Notes under the pieces: generated by a model
The model's database searches: none
What the model saw: only the letters and a program-made list of their open reading frames with translations
Told to the model about the DNA's origin: nothing
Assembly (NCBI GenBank): GCA_016748015.1
Contig: JAAOMT010000563.1
Coordinates: 310,001 to 374,000, forward strand
Source of the DNA: Geosiphon pyriformis uo1
Lineage: Eukaryota; Fungi; Glomeromycota
DNA: 64,000 nt
Direction of reading: 5' to 3'
Shown here: piece after piece, positions 13,150 through 25,900 of the stretch
How positions within the stretch are numbered: the stretch's first letter is position 1
How the letters are laid out: every line of letters starts with the position of its first letter
Position numbers and translations under genes: made by a program

Positions 13150-14283
13150 TGTTGTTCTGATTGGCTCGAGTGGCTGGTCATGTGTAGAAAGTGCATGATT
13201 CACATCTAGTATAGATCATTTTTTTAATGTATAAAACTAAGCAGTATTTGGACCTTATTCATTAAGCAATAAAAAAAATAAAAAAATAAAAACACATTCT
13301 AGCTATAGATTTGCTTATAAATCCAGTTATTATATAAAAATTAAAATATTATACTAGTGATAACTATATCCAATTTATGTTTTTAAACAAATTATTATTC
13401 AAAATTTTAATGCCAAATCCAATCTTTTAGCAGATATAATAGATTGTTTAAAAAACTTCATAAATAAAATACTTTGCATTACCAAAAACAATACCATTAT
13501 TAGTCTTAATAAACCACTTTTACATATAAGTAGAAAATATTATATTTAAAAATAAGGCAACATTAACCAAAAAGTTAGCTTTTTTGTTTTCTGGAATATT
13601 AGAATGATTTTTTATCTTATGTCAATTAATATTTAAATTTTTTTTTAATAATATTTACAATATATTGTTACTTAATCTAACAAAAATTACAAAAATTTAA
13701 CAATAATAAAGCCAATTTCAAGTAACATATATTTAAAGCTGCTTAATTATCAAAAACTATTTTAATTGCTGTTATCAAAAATTTTTTTACTCTTTTTTTA
13801 ATATTATTAATATTATTTTGCTGTTAATTCTATTATTAATAGAATTTAGTAAATTTTTAATAAGCCAATTTTTTTTTAAAATATCTTTTTATACTTTACA
13901 GTGTTTTTGTTATTAAATTTATAATAAAATAGCAAATTTAATACCAATTACTTATATAATTACTTTGTAGTAAAAGTTAACTTTTTTACAAAAAAATTTT
14001 ATTTGTAAGTTTTTTAAAATATGTATAATTATTTTACTGTAAAAGTCAGTTTTTTTACAAAAAATTTTAACTATAAACTACTTAATAATATAAAAAAAAA
14101 TAATATAAAAATAAAATAAAAAAAAATAAATAAAAAAATAATAAATATTAAAAAAAAACTCTTTCTTTCGTTGATCTTCCAGTTATGGTGAGAGCATTGA
14201 GTCGTCACTGAAATAGTCTTCTTTTTCTCTTTCCTCTTCAACTTTTTCCAGTTATTTCTTCAGACATTCTCCTTTTTGTAGCT

Positions 14284-16236
14284 ATGGAACTGGTAGACTT
14301 TGCTGCTGGTGGTTCTGGGTCCGTTTCGGCTGGGTTAGAGATCTGGTCTGGTGTCAAAAATAAGCATTCGGTTGGTCTTCAATCTCGTGGTGTATCCTAT
14401 AAGAAGCCGAAGAAACCTGTGGTAGTTGACGGTTTGGTGGAGTCGTCTGCTGGTGTCTCAAATGTTATGGATGAAAATGGTGATGAACCTAACATTAGAT
14501 GATCATGGGCTAGCAAAGTCAACAGTGAAGTGGACAGCATAAATAGCGTTTCGGACTTGGATAACTTGGAAAACATTGTCACTGAGGAAACTAGCTATGT
14601 AGAGTCAGATGTTTCAGGTTTGGACAATGACATGAACAATGCCACGCCAAAGAAGATGCATACCTGCACTTATATTCTGAACAGTAAGCTGCCACCTCTC
14701 TTTTTCAATATTCCAAGTAATGGTAAAGATATTTTGCCTCTTTCGAGTCCCAAATTTTATGGATCCAATCACCTTTCTCCAGTCAGATCATGTGCACCAG
14801 AAAAATGGAATTTTAATTCGTCAAAATTATTTGTGTTAGATATTAAGCTATCTGCCATTCCTGGCAAAACTAATGGTAATAAGTTAGTCTCAATCAAAAA
14901 AAAATTTTATCATGTTGATGGTTTTGGGGGGGTCTCCACTCCCTCAAAGTTCTCTGGGATCATCAGATCTACTTTCACTTCAGAAGCTAGTATGATTAAG
15001 GCAAGGAGTTTGGCTGTTAGTAGAAAGATTTTAGTTAATGATAAGTTAAGAAAAGTAAACAGTCATTCAAATCAGAAAATTGTGGTCAAGAAGATTCCGG
15101 TCAATCTTCCCAGATCAGCTGTAGAATCAGTTTTTTCCAAGTTTGGTAAGATTGTTTCAACCAGAATATAGCTAATTGGTCTATGGCAAAAGGTTTTAGT
15201 GGAGTTTGAGTCAGCTGAGATAGCCGGCATGGTTGCTTCCAAGTGGTCAGTTTTCATGAGTAAGAATTCTGTGCATGTGGCTTTGGCAACTAAAGATAAA
15301 CAATCATGGGTTTTCAGGGATCAGCATTGGGCTTTGTTGTATACTTTGCTAGTGGGAACAATGACCCATGATCTTTCTGATTTGTTGGAATCATATGATG
15401 GGAAGACATGTTTCATTGGTCGCAATCCTATCTCTTATATTTGCAATAGGTGTGCAACTGTTTGTTTTGATGATAAGGCAACCAGATTGGCTGCTATTGG
15501 TTCAATTTCAGTCTTCAAGGGTGTGAGTTTACATTGGGCTGGTCTTTTTTTGGCTCATTGTGCCAGGTGCGAACATTTTGGTCATGTTTCAGATATGTGT
15601 TCAGTAGGTGGTTTCTCTGGTGGTCATGGGAGAAAGGTGGCATCTGTTCATGATCAGGTTTGCTTGGCAAATATATATAAGAAAAAACATGCTCCTGTTG
15701 CTCACCTTATCTCTTTTGGTGGCAAGTTTTGGGCTCAGGTTGCTTCACTTGCTGCTTCTTCTGGTGTTAGTGCCTGAACTGTTTCTGGTCCTGGTGCTTT
15801 CGTGTCTGGTGCTCCTTCTACTGGTAGATTACTGACAGAAGTTTTAGATGTTTCTTGTATTGTTGATCACCTGGCTGTATTAGAATGGTCCTTCGAGCTT
15901 TTGTCTGACCAAGTGTCTGAAATAGTGTGTAGACTGGATAGTGTGGATTTGGTTCCTCTGGTTCCTGTTTCTCTTGTTGCATCTTCTGCCATTTCTGTTC
16001 CTCCTGTGGTGCTCTTTGTTTAGAACATGGCTTTAGACTCTCCATTTTTTTTTTCCCATTCCTTTTCCTCAGTTCCTGTTTTGGAGAACATTGTTTCCAA
16101 TTTAAGTTTGAGCAGTTTGAAGGTTCTTACCTCCAAAGTTGGTGGGCTTGAATCTAAGTTGATGGCTCTCGATATTGCTGTTGGTTCCATATTAGCAAAA
16201 TTGGATCAGCTGGATACAGATTCGGAGTCTCCTTAA
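14284..16236 (+). pseudogene. LINE ORF1 (RRM-like + CCHC knuckle CARCEHFGHVSDMC)
   Basis: Fragments 14284-14502, 14530-15171, 15199-15777, 15802-16023 and 16027-16236 are in one frame, separated by stops. Confidence 0.88.
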
Positions 16237-16250
16237 CACTCTCCTTTCCA

Positions 16251-18346
16251 ATGACAGATTTTATCTGGAAAATAGCCACATGCAATGTCAAGGGTATAAA
16301 CAATATGGCAAAACAAGAAGACATTGTGTGCTGGCATAATTCTATGAACAATTTGGTTTCGATTTTTACAGAAATAAAGCTCAAAGGGTGTGTTTGTTCC
16401 TGGATAGCTAACAAATTTGATGATGTTCATGTTTTTGTCTCTGGTTTGGACTTTGGTCATCTTGGTTCTGGTGTGGCAATCATAATAAACAATTCTCTAG
16501 CCAAGCATATGTGCAAAGTTTTTGAGATTCCCAGTCAACTTTTATCTGTCAAATTGCTCTTTAGGAATAAACTTTCTGTGTCTGTGTTAAGGCTGTATGC
16601 TGGCACTTCTTTGGCTGCTCATTTCTCCCAGGCCAGTAAAATCAATTCTTTTATCGCTAAGACCGTGAATGATTCCTCTTTTGTCATTTTTGATGGTGAT
16701 TTCAATGAAGATAGTTCTTGTAGGTGTGTTAGTTTCAAAAAGTGTTTTGACTTGGGCTTGGTCAATGCTTTGGGTGGGAGTTTGTTCTCGAAGTCATCTA
16801 CGTGGTGCAATTCTCGTGGTGTAGCTAAAACAATTGATTACATGTTTGTCTCTTCTGGTTTGGTCAATGCAATTGTGGATTGCAGTGTGATGGATGTTGT
16901 GGAATTTTTTGATACTGATCATAAGGCTGTTTCCATTTCTGTGGGTTTGGGTGACTTGTTGGACATGTGGCTTTCTGCTATGCACAAACAGGCCAACAAA
17001 GATCATTGGAAATTTGACGTCAAAAGTGCTAATGTTTTGAAATAGAGCAAGTTTGGGGACATGTTAACTGCCAATGCTTCTGTGTTTTTGGATGAGTTTG
17101 CTGTGGCTAAGGAATGCTCAGATTTGGATTCAATGTGGGATGTCATTCATAGAATTATGGTTTTTTTTACTAATGGAACATTCAAAAAAAAATAGTTTAA
17201 GAGTTATGATAGTGTTTTTACCAAAATATTTTCTAGGTTTTATAAGTTAGAGTTGCTAGTCTCCAAATTAGTAAGAGCTTCTTGTTTGGCGTCTGGTGAT
17301 GCTTTTGCATCACTGTTGGAGGTGTGGGATAAGCTCGATCCAGTCGGTGCCTTAGCAACAAAATTGGTCTTTCTTTCAGGTGCTAATTTTGATGCTGTTC
17401 GGTCTGTGCTGGCTAAAGCAAGGAAATCTTATCACTCCTTCAAGCTTCTGGAATCTAAGCATGCAGAAGAGTCCCAGATCAGACAGGCTATTACCAGATG
17501 TATGGAGAGCTTTGTATTGGACAAAGGTTATACTATTAGGAGCATGTTGGAGCATCTCTTTCATAAGGTGGTATTGGACCATCTGGTGGTCAGTGATGAG
17601 CTGGTCTTGGAGCCTGAGTTGGTGAAATCTAGGGTGGATATGGTTATGGAGGGCTGAACACGGACACATGAAGTGGTCTTTAATATGTCTGATGTTTGGA
17701 TTCGTTAATATCAACCTCTGGATTACATCTTTGATGGTGCTTTCTTTGATGTTATGTGCTCAATTAGCTTTGATGAGATGTCTGCAGTCATTTCGGATTT
17801 ACCTAAGAGGAAGGTGACAGGTCTCTCTGGTATCTCAAATGAATTGTGGAAGCACTATGACAAGTCAGTTTTGAATATGCTGTTGGTTCTTTTGAACTCT
17901 TGTTTGGTTTGTGAATTGATCTCTGAACTTTGGAAGGAAGCTTGGGTTTCCATGATTCCTAAACTCTACAAATAAGAGGGTGTTCTCATGAATACCCATC
18001 CTATTGCTTTAATTAAAACAGCCCACAAGATTCTGTCCAAGATTCTGTCAGATAGAATTTCTTTTGCTTGTAGCAAGTTTGACATTTTGCGTGAGAACAA
18101 TTTCTTGGTTTTGAAGAATACAACAACACAGTCTCTGATCTTTGCCATTGGTTCTGTGATTGAAGATGTCTTGGAGAAGAACCGTGAACTATGGTTGGTT
18201 TTGCAGGACATGTGCAAAGCCTATGATTCTGTTGGTTGGGAGCACTTTAAGAGGAGTTTGGTTAGGATCAAGATGTGTGACAGTTTTATTAGGTTTTTTG
18301 GCTCCATCCACAATGGTCGCACTAACAGGGTGATGACAGATTTTGG
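16251..18346 (+). pseudogene. LINE ORF2 5' part (APE endonuclease and RT start)
   Basis: MTDFIWKIATCNVKG, GDFNE, IDYMFV, FDTDHKAV; PIALIKTAHKILSKILSDR, QDMCKAYDSV. Confidence 0.92.
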
Positions 18347-19350
18347 TGTTACTGAAGGTTTTTTGGTCTCTTTTCTTAAATGTTGTTAATGCCTGTTTGT
18401 TGTGAATTCACGTTTTCTGGATGTGGTTGAACCTCTAATAACTGAATTTATCTTCAACTTATCTCCTATAATTTGAACTGCTGGGCTTATAAGTGGAATG
18501 GCCAATTCCGTGCCAGTTACTTTGTATAGTTACATTGTAGTAAACGTCAACTCTTTCCCAGGAATTGCTCGTCTGAAAGCTCACTAAAAATGTATAGTTA
18601 CTTTGCTGTGAAAGTCAACTCTTCTACAGGAATTCTCATCTGTAGGCTACCCAAAATGATTTATAATAAGAAAAGAAAGAGAAATAAGAGAAATGTAAAA
18701 GAAAAAGTAAAACTGATGATTTATAGAAGTTGTTTCGGATCCAGGTCTGGAAGTACTTTAACAGTTTACCAAAATTGGTAGCTAGTCAATTTCAAACTGT
18801 TAGTAGGAATTGGTTAATTTCAAGAGAAATAATTTAAGAATTTGGCTTTTCGAATTATTTGATATTTATTTGTCTTTTTGGGTGTAAAGGATTATTCTAA
18901 TTGTTTTTAATTTGAAGTAAGATACATTTTCCAGAAGAGAAAAGCTCTTCTTTTATACAACTTGTTGTAGTACTAGTCTATAAATTTGCACTTTTTCTCT
19001 TTGCTCAAATTTCGGCAAACTAAAGATATATTTTGATGAACTACAAGTTATTTTGCTGAACTATTGATTAATTTGGGTGAACTATTCATAATTTCGGCGA
19101 ATTTCTTATAAATTTCGGCGAATTTCTGTAAATTTTGGCGAATTTTTGAATGTTACAAAGTTCAGGGTATTGTGTAATTTAATCATCCTACTTTCTGTTA
19201 TACTAATTAGATTATTTTAATTAAATCGTGATATGTGATAATTGATTAAATAATAAATGATAATTTGAAATGATATTAATATACTAATGAATTATAGGAA
19301 TTATAAGAGTAATTTCATGCTAATTAATAGCTAAAATTCTATTGGTAACA
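18347..19350 (-). repeat. 3' LTR of Gypsy-A (1004 bp)
   Basis: TGTTAC...GTAACA ends. Near-identical to 27995-28977 with one extra 21-bp unit. Confidence 0.95.
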
Positions 19351-19363
19351 TAATCTCCTTCTC
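19351..19363 (-). promoter_or_regulatory. Polypurine tract of Gypsy-A
   Basis: GAGAAGGAGATTA immediately upstream of the 3' LTR on the minus strand. Confidence 0.7.
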
Positions 19364-19489
19364 AAGACTGAGCTCTGTCGAAGTCCAAGCACTATCTGTA
19401 ATATTGAGATAGTGATCTAAAATAATTGAAGTAATCTGGTCTGAAAATTGTTGAAATTTCAGTTCTGTGAGTTTGCCAATATATTGGAC

Positions 19490-20371
19490 NNNNNNNNNNN
19501 NNNNNNNNNNNNNNNNNNNNNNNNNNNNNNNNNNNNNNNNNNNNNNNNNNNNNNNNNNNNNNNNNNNNNNNNNNNNNNNNNNNNNNNNNNNNNNNNNNNN
19601 NNNNNNNNNNNNNNNNNNNNNNNNNNNNNNNNNNNNNNNNNNNNNNNNNNNNNNNNNNNNNNNNNNNNNNNNNNNNNNNNNNNNNNNNNNNNNNNNNNNN
19701 NNNNNNNNNNNNNNNNNNNNNNNNNNNNNNNNNNNNNNNNNNNNNNNNNNNNNNNNNNNNNNNNNNNNNNNNNNNNNNNNNNNNNNNNNNNNNNNNNNNN
19801 NNNNNNNNNNNNNNNNNNNNNNNNNNNNNNNNNNNNNNNNNNNNNNNNNNNNNNNNNNNNNNNNNNNNNNNNNNNNNNNNNNNNNNNNNNNNNNNNNNNN
19901 NNNNNNNNNNNNNNNNNNNNNNNNNNNNNNNNNNNNNNNNNNNNNNNNNNNNNNNNNNNNNNNNNNNNNNNNNNNNNNNNNNNNNNNNNNNNNNNNNNNN
20001 NNNNNNNNNNNNNNNNNNNNNNNNNNNNNNNNNNNNNNNNNNNNNNNNNNNNNNNNNNNNNNNNNNNNNNNNNNNNNNNNNNNNNNNNNNNNNNNNNNNN
20101 NNNNNNNNNNNNNNNNNNNNNNNNNNNNNNNNNNNNNNNNNNNNNNNNNNNNNNNNNNNNNNNNNNNNNNNNNNNNNNNNNNNNNNNNNNNNNNNNNNNN
20201 NNNNNNNNNNNNNNNNNNNNNNNNNNNNNNNNNNNNNNNNNNNNNNNNNNNNNNNNNNNNNNNNNNNNNNNNNNNNNNNNNNNNNNNNNNNNNNNNNNNN
20301 NNNNNNNNNNNNNNNNNNNNNNNNNNNNNNNNNNNNNNNNNNNNNNNNNNNNNNNNNNNNNNNNNNNNNNN
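19490..20371. other. Assembly gap (882 N)
   Basis: Run of N. Confidence 1.
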
Positions 20372-21317
20372 NTAAAACTATCTTATAATTCCTATCATTA
20401 ATTAGCATATATTATTGTTTCAAATTATCACTTATTACATTAGCAAAAAATGTCCGAAATTATCATTTAATTAATAACCCAAATTGTACACAACACAAAT
20501 GTAACCTAATTGCAATGATCAATCATACAATACCCCAAACTATGTAACATTCAAAAGTTTGCCGAAATTTATAGAAATTTGCCAAAATAATTGATAGTTC
20601 ACCGAAATATCTAATAGTTCACAGAAATAACTTGTAGTTCGCCAAAATGTATCTTTAGTTCAGCGAAATTATAGAAAATAGCAAAGTTCAAGTTTATAGA
20701 ATAGTGTTATGACAAGTTGTATAAAAGAAAAGCTTTTCTCTTCGAGAAAATGTATCTTACTTTAGATTTATCACTTAGAACTATTCCTATATACACAAAA
20801 AGAAATAAATATCAAATAATTCAAAAAAACCAAATTCTTTAATTATTGCACTTGGAAAATCCTTAAAACCCAACTAAAGTTTTGAAATTGATTAGCTACT
20901 AATTTCAATAATCTGTTAGTAACTCCAGGCCTGGATTGAAAACGTTTCTCTTGACAAAATTCTATTTCTTTTATATCTTTTTATTTTCTTTTTATTTTCT
21001 TACTATAATCATTAGAGTAGCTTACAGACAAGATTTCTGTAGAAGAGTTGACTTTCACAGCAAAGTAACTATACATTTTAGTGAGCTTCCAAACAAGCAA
21101 TTCCTAGGAAAGAGTTGACGTTTACTACAACGTAACTACATAAAGTAACTGGCATGGAATTGGCCATTCCACTTATAAGCCCAGTAATTCAAATTATAGG
21201 AGATAATTTGAAGATAAATTCAGTTATTGGAGGTTTAACCACATCCAGAAAACGTGAATTCACAGCAAACAAGCATCGACAACATTTAAAAAAAGAGACC
21301 AAAAACCTCCAGTAACA
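20372..21317 (+). mobile_element. LTR of an A-subfamily variant nested antisense in the Gypsy-A integrase; probably solo, start hidden in gap
   Basis: Reverse-complement homology to LTR-A. Ends CTCCAGTAACA at 21317 and interrupts ..RRVYTLLST. Confidence 0.85.
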
Positions 21318-22290
21318 GTACTAAGAAGGGTGTAGACTCTTCTTTGGAGTATTTTTTGAAAGTTTTCTTCATTGATTGGTTGCACTAGGTATGTTTCCAC
21401 TGTGAAATTAATTGGTAATATTGCTGTCCTTCCATAAGTAAGATCAAATAGTGTGTGTTTTGTAGTATCTTGTTTTAGTGTTCTGTATGCTAGTAACACT
21501 GATGGAATAAAGATATCTCATTCCTGCTCAAAGTCTGTTGAGACTTTGACTAGAGATTCACACAATGTTCTGTTGAAATGTTCTACAAGTCTATTTGTTT
21601 GAGGATGATAAGGTGATGATAGAAGTTTTTTAACATTGAACCGTTCACAAATTTCTTGTATCAAGTTGTTCACAAAATGTGTTCCTTGATTAGATAAGAG
21701 TTCAATTGGGCATCCATGTTTACAGATAATGTCTTCATAGATGAAATTTGCTGATTTTGCATCTGCTTTTTGGATGGCTCTAGCTTCAGGCCATTTGGTA
21801 AGATAATCCACTGCAACTGCAATATAACAATTTCCTTGGGTTGTAATAGGTAATAATCCGACTAAATCAATTCCAACTCTGTTAAAAGGTTGTCCAACTT
21901 TGATTGGATTTAAAGGTTCTGTGGGGCAAATTCCTTCTTTTCTTTGACAATTATCACAAGATTCTATATATTGTTAAATGTCTTTTTGCATGTGAGGCCA
22001 AAAATAATGTTCAAGAGTTCTTTGAATTGTTCCCTCTTTTCCCAAGTGTGCTGAAAACGGATCTGTGTGCATGTTGTATAAAATTGTTTCTTTTTCATTT
22101 TCTTGTACTAATCTGAGTGGCTGGTTTGGTTTTCTGTAATTTTTATAATAGATTTTGTTCTAGTGTATGAAATATTGTTTTGATTGGTGTTGTAAGTGGT
22201 GTTTTTTACTTGGAGACCAGTTTTCTGACATGGTAAGAGTCTCCAAATAATTTTTAAGATTGCTGTAGTTTCTGGGATCTATTCTCATTT
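21318..22290 (-). pseudogene. Gypsy-A integrase (HHCC + DDE core)
   Basis: GIDLVG; DYLTKWPEARAI, LLSNQGTHF, SSPYHPQTNRLVEHFNRTL. Confidence 0.9.
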
Positions 22291-22339
22291 GGTTATTTTG
22301 TTGGTAAGTTGGTAAGTTGTGGTGGAATTGTTGTTGGTA

Positions 22340-23720
22340 TTAATCTTGTCTCATTCTTAAGAGGCTATCAACATTGGTATGTAGTTTTCCTGGTTTGTGG
22401 TGTACAATATATCTGTAGTCTGCTAGAAAGTCATTCCATTGAGACTGTTTGGCACTTTGTTCAGTTTTCTTTTTATTGAGCCATTTGAGGCCAATGTTGT
22501 CCATTATTATGTCAAATTTTTTTCCATTCTTTAGATATTGTTGAAAATGTTTAAGAGCCCAAATAACTGCAGCAGCTTCTAATTCAGTTGAGCCATATTT
22601 GAGTTCTGTTGGCTTGAGTGTTCTGCTGGCATAGGCAATAACTTGTTCTTGGCCATTTTCATCCAATTGTGATAAAATGGCACCAAATGCTATGTGTGAG
22701 GCATCAGTGGCTAATTGGAATTGTTTGTTGAAGTCTGGGTAAGCAAGAACTGGGGCTGTTGTCAATTTTGTTTTGAGAATTTCAAAAGCTTTTTGTTGTT
22801 CTTCAGTTCATTTGTATGGTATGTTTTTGTTGGTAAGATAATTGAGTGGTTTGGCAATTTCTGAGAATCCTTTTATGAATTTTTGATAGTAAGAGGCTAA
22901 TCCCACAAATCCTCTTAGTTCTGTAGTATTTCTGAGGATTTGAAAGTTTTTGACAGCACTAATTGTTCTTGGATTTGGTTTAATTCCATCTTTACTAACT
23001 ATGTGTCCAAGAAAGATCAAGCTTGTTTTTCCAAAATGACATTTCTCAATATTTAACTTTAATCCTGCTTTCCGTAATCATTGAAAAACTTCTCGCAGGT
23101 GAATGAGATGGGCTTCAAAGCTTGGTGAGTATACATCAGTATCATCAAGATAAACAACTACTGATTGCCACAAGAGTCCTTTATAGACAACATTTATGAG
23201 TTGCTGAAATGTTGCTGGTGCATTGCAAAGTCCAAAAGGCATAACATTAAACTCATAATTTTCTTTTTGAGTGGTGAATACTGTTTTGGGTCTATCTTTT
23301 GGATCCATTTCGACTTGTCAGTATTCACTTTCCAGGTCTAAAGTTGAAAAGAACTTGGCTTTTCCTAGAGCATTTAGCATGTCATCAATTCTTAAAAGAG
23401 GGTAGGCATCTTCAATTGTAATACTATTCAGTTGTCTATAATCAACACAGAATTTGATTTTTCCGTTTTTCTTTTTAACTAAAACTATTGGTGAGGCCCA
23501 AGGACTTCTTGATGGTTGAATCAATCCGTTATTAAGCATTTTTTGGACCTCTTCTCTGATGAATTGGTGGCTAGTAGGTGGCACTCGATAAACTTGTTGA
23601 CGTTTTGGTAGAGCATCTCCTATATGGATCTGATGTTGAACAATGTCTGTTTTTCCCAAGTCATTGTTGTCTTTTGCAAATATATCTGCAAATTCAGCTA
23701 TCAATTGTTTCAATTGTCTT
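22340..23720 (-). pseudogene. Gypsy-A reverse transcriptase and RNase H
   Basis: SPWASPIVLVKKK, FCVDYRQLN, MPFGLCNAPATFQ, YLDD; FQLATDASH, AYASRTL, ELEAAAVIWAL. Confidence 0.95.
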
Positions 23721-24180
23721 TGTTGTTGAGGTTTTAAGGGACCCATATTGATTCGAGAGAGTTTTTCTTCCAACAAGTAGTAGTTTTCAGTAGTGGGAAT
23801 GATATTTGAATTTGGGAATAGAGTGTGCTTTACAATTTCGATGAAATTAGAGACAATTTGAGGGTTTTCATCTTGAAAGATATTGCTGTGTATGATTCCA
23901 ATTTCTAATTTGTTTAATAAAACAATAGGGTAATTATTGGAATTGTAGAATGTAACTCGAAATTTTTCCATTTTTTTGGGAATATAAACATTTGGAATTG
24001 ATATTTCATGTTTCAAACAGATTTGTTCATTGGATTCAAAGATTTGTTGTGTAGTGGTGGGTTTTGAGCAAGTGTAAATTTCGTGATGTTCTCCAAAAGA
24101 TGAAATGGTAATTGGCTGAGAAAGTTGAAGAATCTGGTGAGATTCATTTTGTGTATTAAAAACTATGTTTACTGGGACTG

Positions 24181-24620
24181 TAAATCGTCCAGTTGAACCA
24201 AAACCTTGAGTTCCTTTTTCACTTTTTCTCAATTGTTCTCTGTTGTTTACTGATTGTAAACCCGAAATGTTGATTAAGGGTAAGTAAATTGCTTGAGCAA
24301 TTTTTTCAGCATGTTTAATTTTGAATGATTTGTCTGTCTCATTCTGTAACATGATGGTAATATCTCCAGTGTATCCTGCATCTATAACTCCTCCTCTAAT
24401 ATTGATTTTTTTGCTTGCCAATAATGATCTGGAGGCAATTTGAACCATTGCTTCTGGTGGAATTTCAAGAGCAATTTTAAGATTGATTTTTGTCAAAGAC
24501 TTTGGTTGGAGAATCAAAGTATCTTTTCCTGGGTATTTTAGGTCATATTTAGCATCAATTTCGTGTGCTTTTTCTGGTCTGATTCCTTGGCCATGGTTGT
24601 CAAAATATTTAAGTTGTAGA
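24181..24620 (-). CDS. dUTPase domain within Gypsy-A pol (degenerate)
   Basis: All five motifs: AKYDL, QIASRSLLA, GGVIDAGYTGDI, EKIAQAI, KGTQGFGSTG. Confidence 0.92.
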
Positions 24621-24699
24621 GGTGGTTGCTTTTCAAAAAGATAGATGGGAGTGATTGGTAGTTCTTCTACTAGTTCAGATACTTCAAATTTGATTTCAT

Positions 24700-25400
24700 T
24701 TTCATCATTCTCATCTGGCAGAGGAATGCTAAGAGCATAACATTCTAAACACCATTGGTCATCACAAGACATAACACATTCTTCACACAATTGAATGTTC
24801 ATTTGCTTTAATCATTGAATTTGAGCTTCTTTGGTCAGATATGTGTGGCTTGCAATTTGGTGGTAGGTTTCTACTTCATCTTCATAATCAAATCCAGCTA
24901 ATTCCATGGTATACTCAATATATTCAGCTTCTTTTATTTGGCAGACATTTTCTTGGGTGGCTCTATTGATCAATGCCATTGCTAGGTCAAAAATTATTTC
25001 AGCATCATGAGAGTAGTAGTAAAGTTTATTGAGAGCACTGTTGTATACTGCATCAAATGGTGTTCCTCTTCTGACTTTTTCTGAAATTGATAGAGCATAT
25101 TGACAGGTTTGATCACATACTTTTCTTTTCATTGCTACATCAATCCAATTGCATTCTTCTGGTAGCATTTCTTCACATGTAAGGCAAGGTGTGTTGTCCC
25201 ATTTTTTATTTCTTTTTGGAAATCCAAATCGTTCTCTATGACATGCTTTGCAAAAGTAACAGGTACAAGTTTCATATTCCTCTTCTGAAAAAATACATGC
25301 TCCCATTAATGAAAGTTTTTTGTTGCAATCTTTGCATTTGAGTGGAATATAGGTGGTTGTTTCTGTAGTTCTGGTGTAGAATATCTAACTTTCTTCCATC
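24700..25400 (-). other. Uncharacterised Cys-rich putative zinc-binding domain between protease and dUTPase (Gypsy-A)
   Basis: CKDC, CYFCKAC, WDNTPCLTC, CDQTC, HD, CEECVMSCDDQWCLEC. Confidence 0.7.
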
Positions 25401-25403
25401 CCC

Positions 25404-25900
25404 TTAATTCTTCAAAAATTTCTTGTTTGGTTTCTTCAGCCCAATTGCATGTTGATCCAAGAGCCATGTAGGTTTCAGTGAGTGGCATTTCCTTCTTTTC
25501 TTCAAATTCAAATACTGGAGCTTTTCTGATTGTTTGTTAAAGGTACCACAGGTTGCAGGTACAATGGTATATTGTCCTTGGTATGAGATTTTAAGTTCTT
25601 GAGTTTCCCAGTTCAGGTTTGCATTGGCCTTGAGAAGCCAATCATTTCCGACTAGAGCTTGGTATTGGAGTGCATCCATAACAAGAACTTTAACTGGAAT
25701 GGTGATTTCATCAATTGAAAAAGGGAAATCATCAATTTCTCCTACTGGAGTCTTCTTCATACCATCAGCTGTGACAATAACTGTTTGAGCTGGTCTGTCT
25801 ACATTTCATTTGAGTTGTTGCATCAGCTGGTAAGTAATGATACTTCCAGCTGATCTACTATCTAAGATTAAGCAAATAGGTTTTTCTTCCACTGTAGCTT
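25404..25900 (-). pseudogene. Gypsy-A aspartic protease
   Basis: LILDSRSAGS (degenerate DSG), ALVGNDWL. Confidence 0.88.

Larger units (their letters stand above)
6588..13292 (+). mobile_element. Full-length degenerate LINE (non-LTR retrotransposon), family I
   Basis: 5' CTTCTTTCTT motif, ORF1 and ORF2 fragments in order, conserved 3' tail 13150-13265, A-rich end. Confidence 0.93.

Noticed and set aside
13150-13265. Hammerhead or HDV ribozyme in the 3' tail
   Set aside because: CUGANGA/GAAA are not at junction positions (GAAA lies in a hairpin loop) and no HDV topology was recognised.
14186-14281. Intron in LINE 5' UTR (GTGAG..pyrimidine tract..AG)
   Set aside because: Seen in one copy only; pyrimidine-rich UTRs mimic splice signals and retrotransposition would remove an intron.
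18590-18781. 63-aa ORF repeated at 28238-28429
   Set aside because: Antisense within duplicated LTRs; the identity reflects LTR duplication and there is no recognisable domain.
19392-20408. Long ORFs of 300+ aa in the ORF track
   Set aside because: Artefacts of the N gap.
22285-22342. Integrase as a separate ORF (stop after RNase H in both families)
   Set aside because: The downstream sequence is in frame (..RQD*YQQQF..NQMRID; ..RQI*KHSNPKI*QKMNIQ) and the TAA codons fit mutated CAA.
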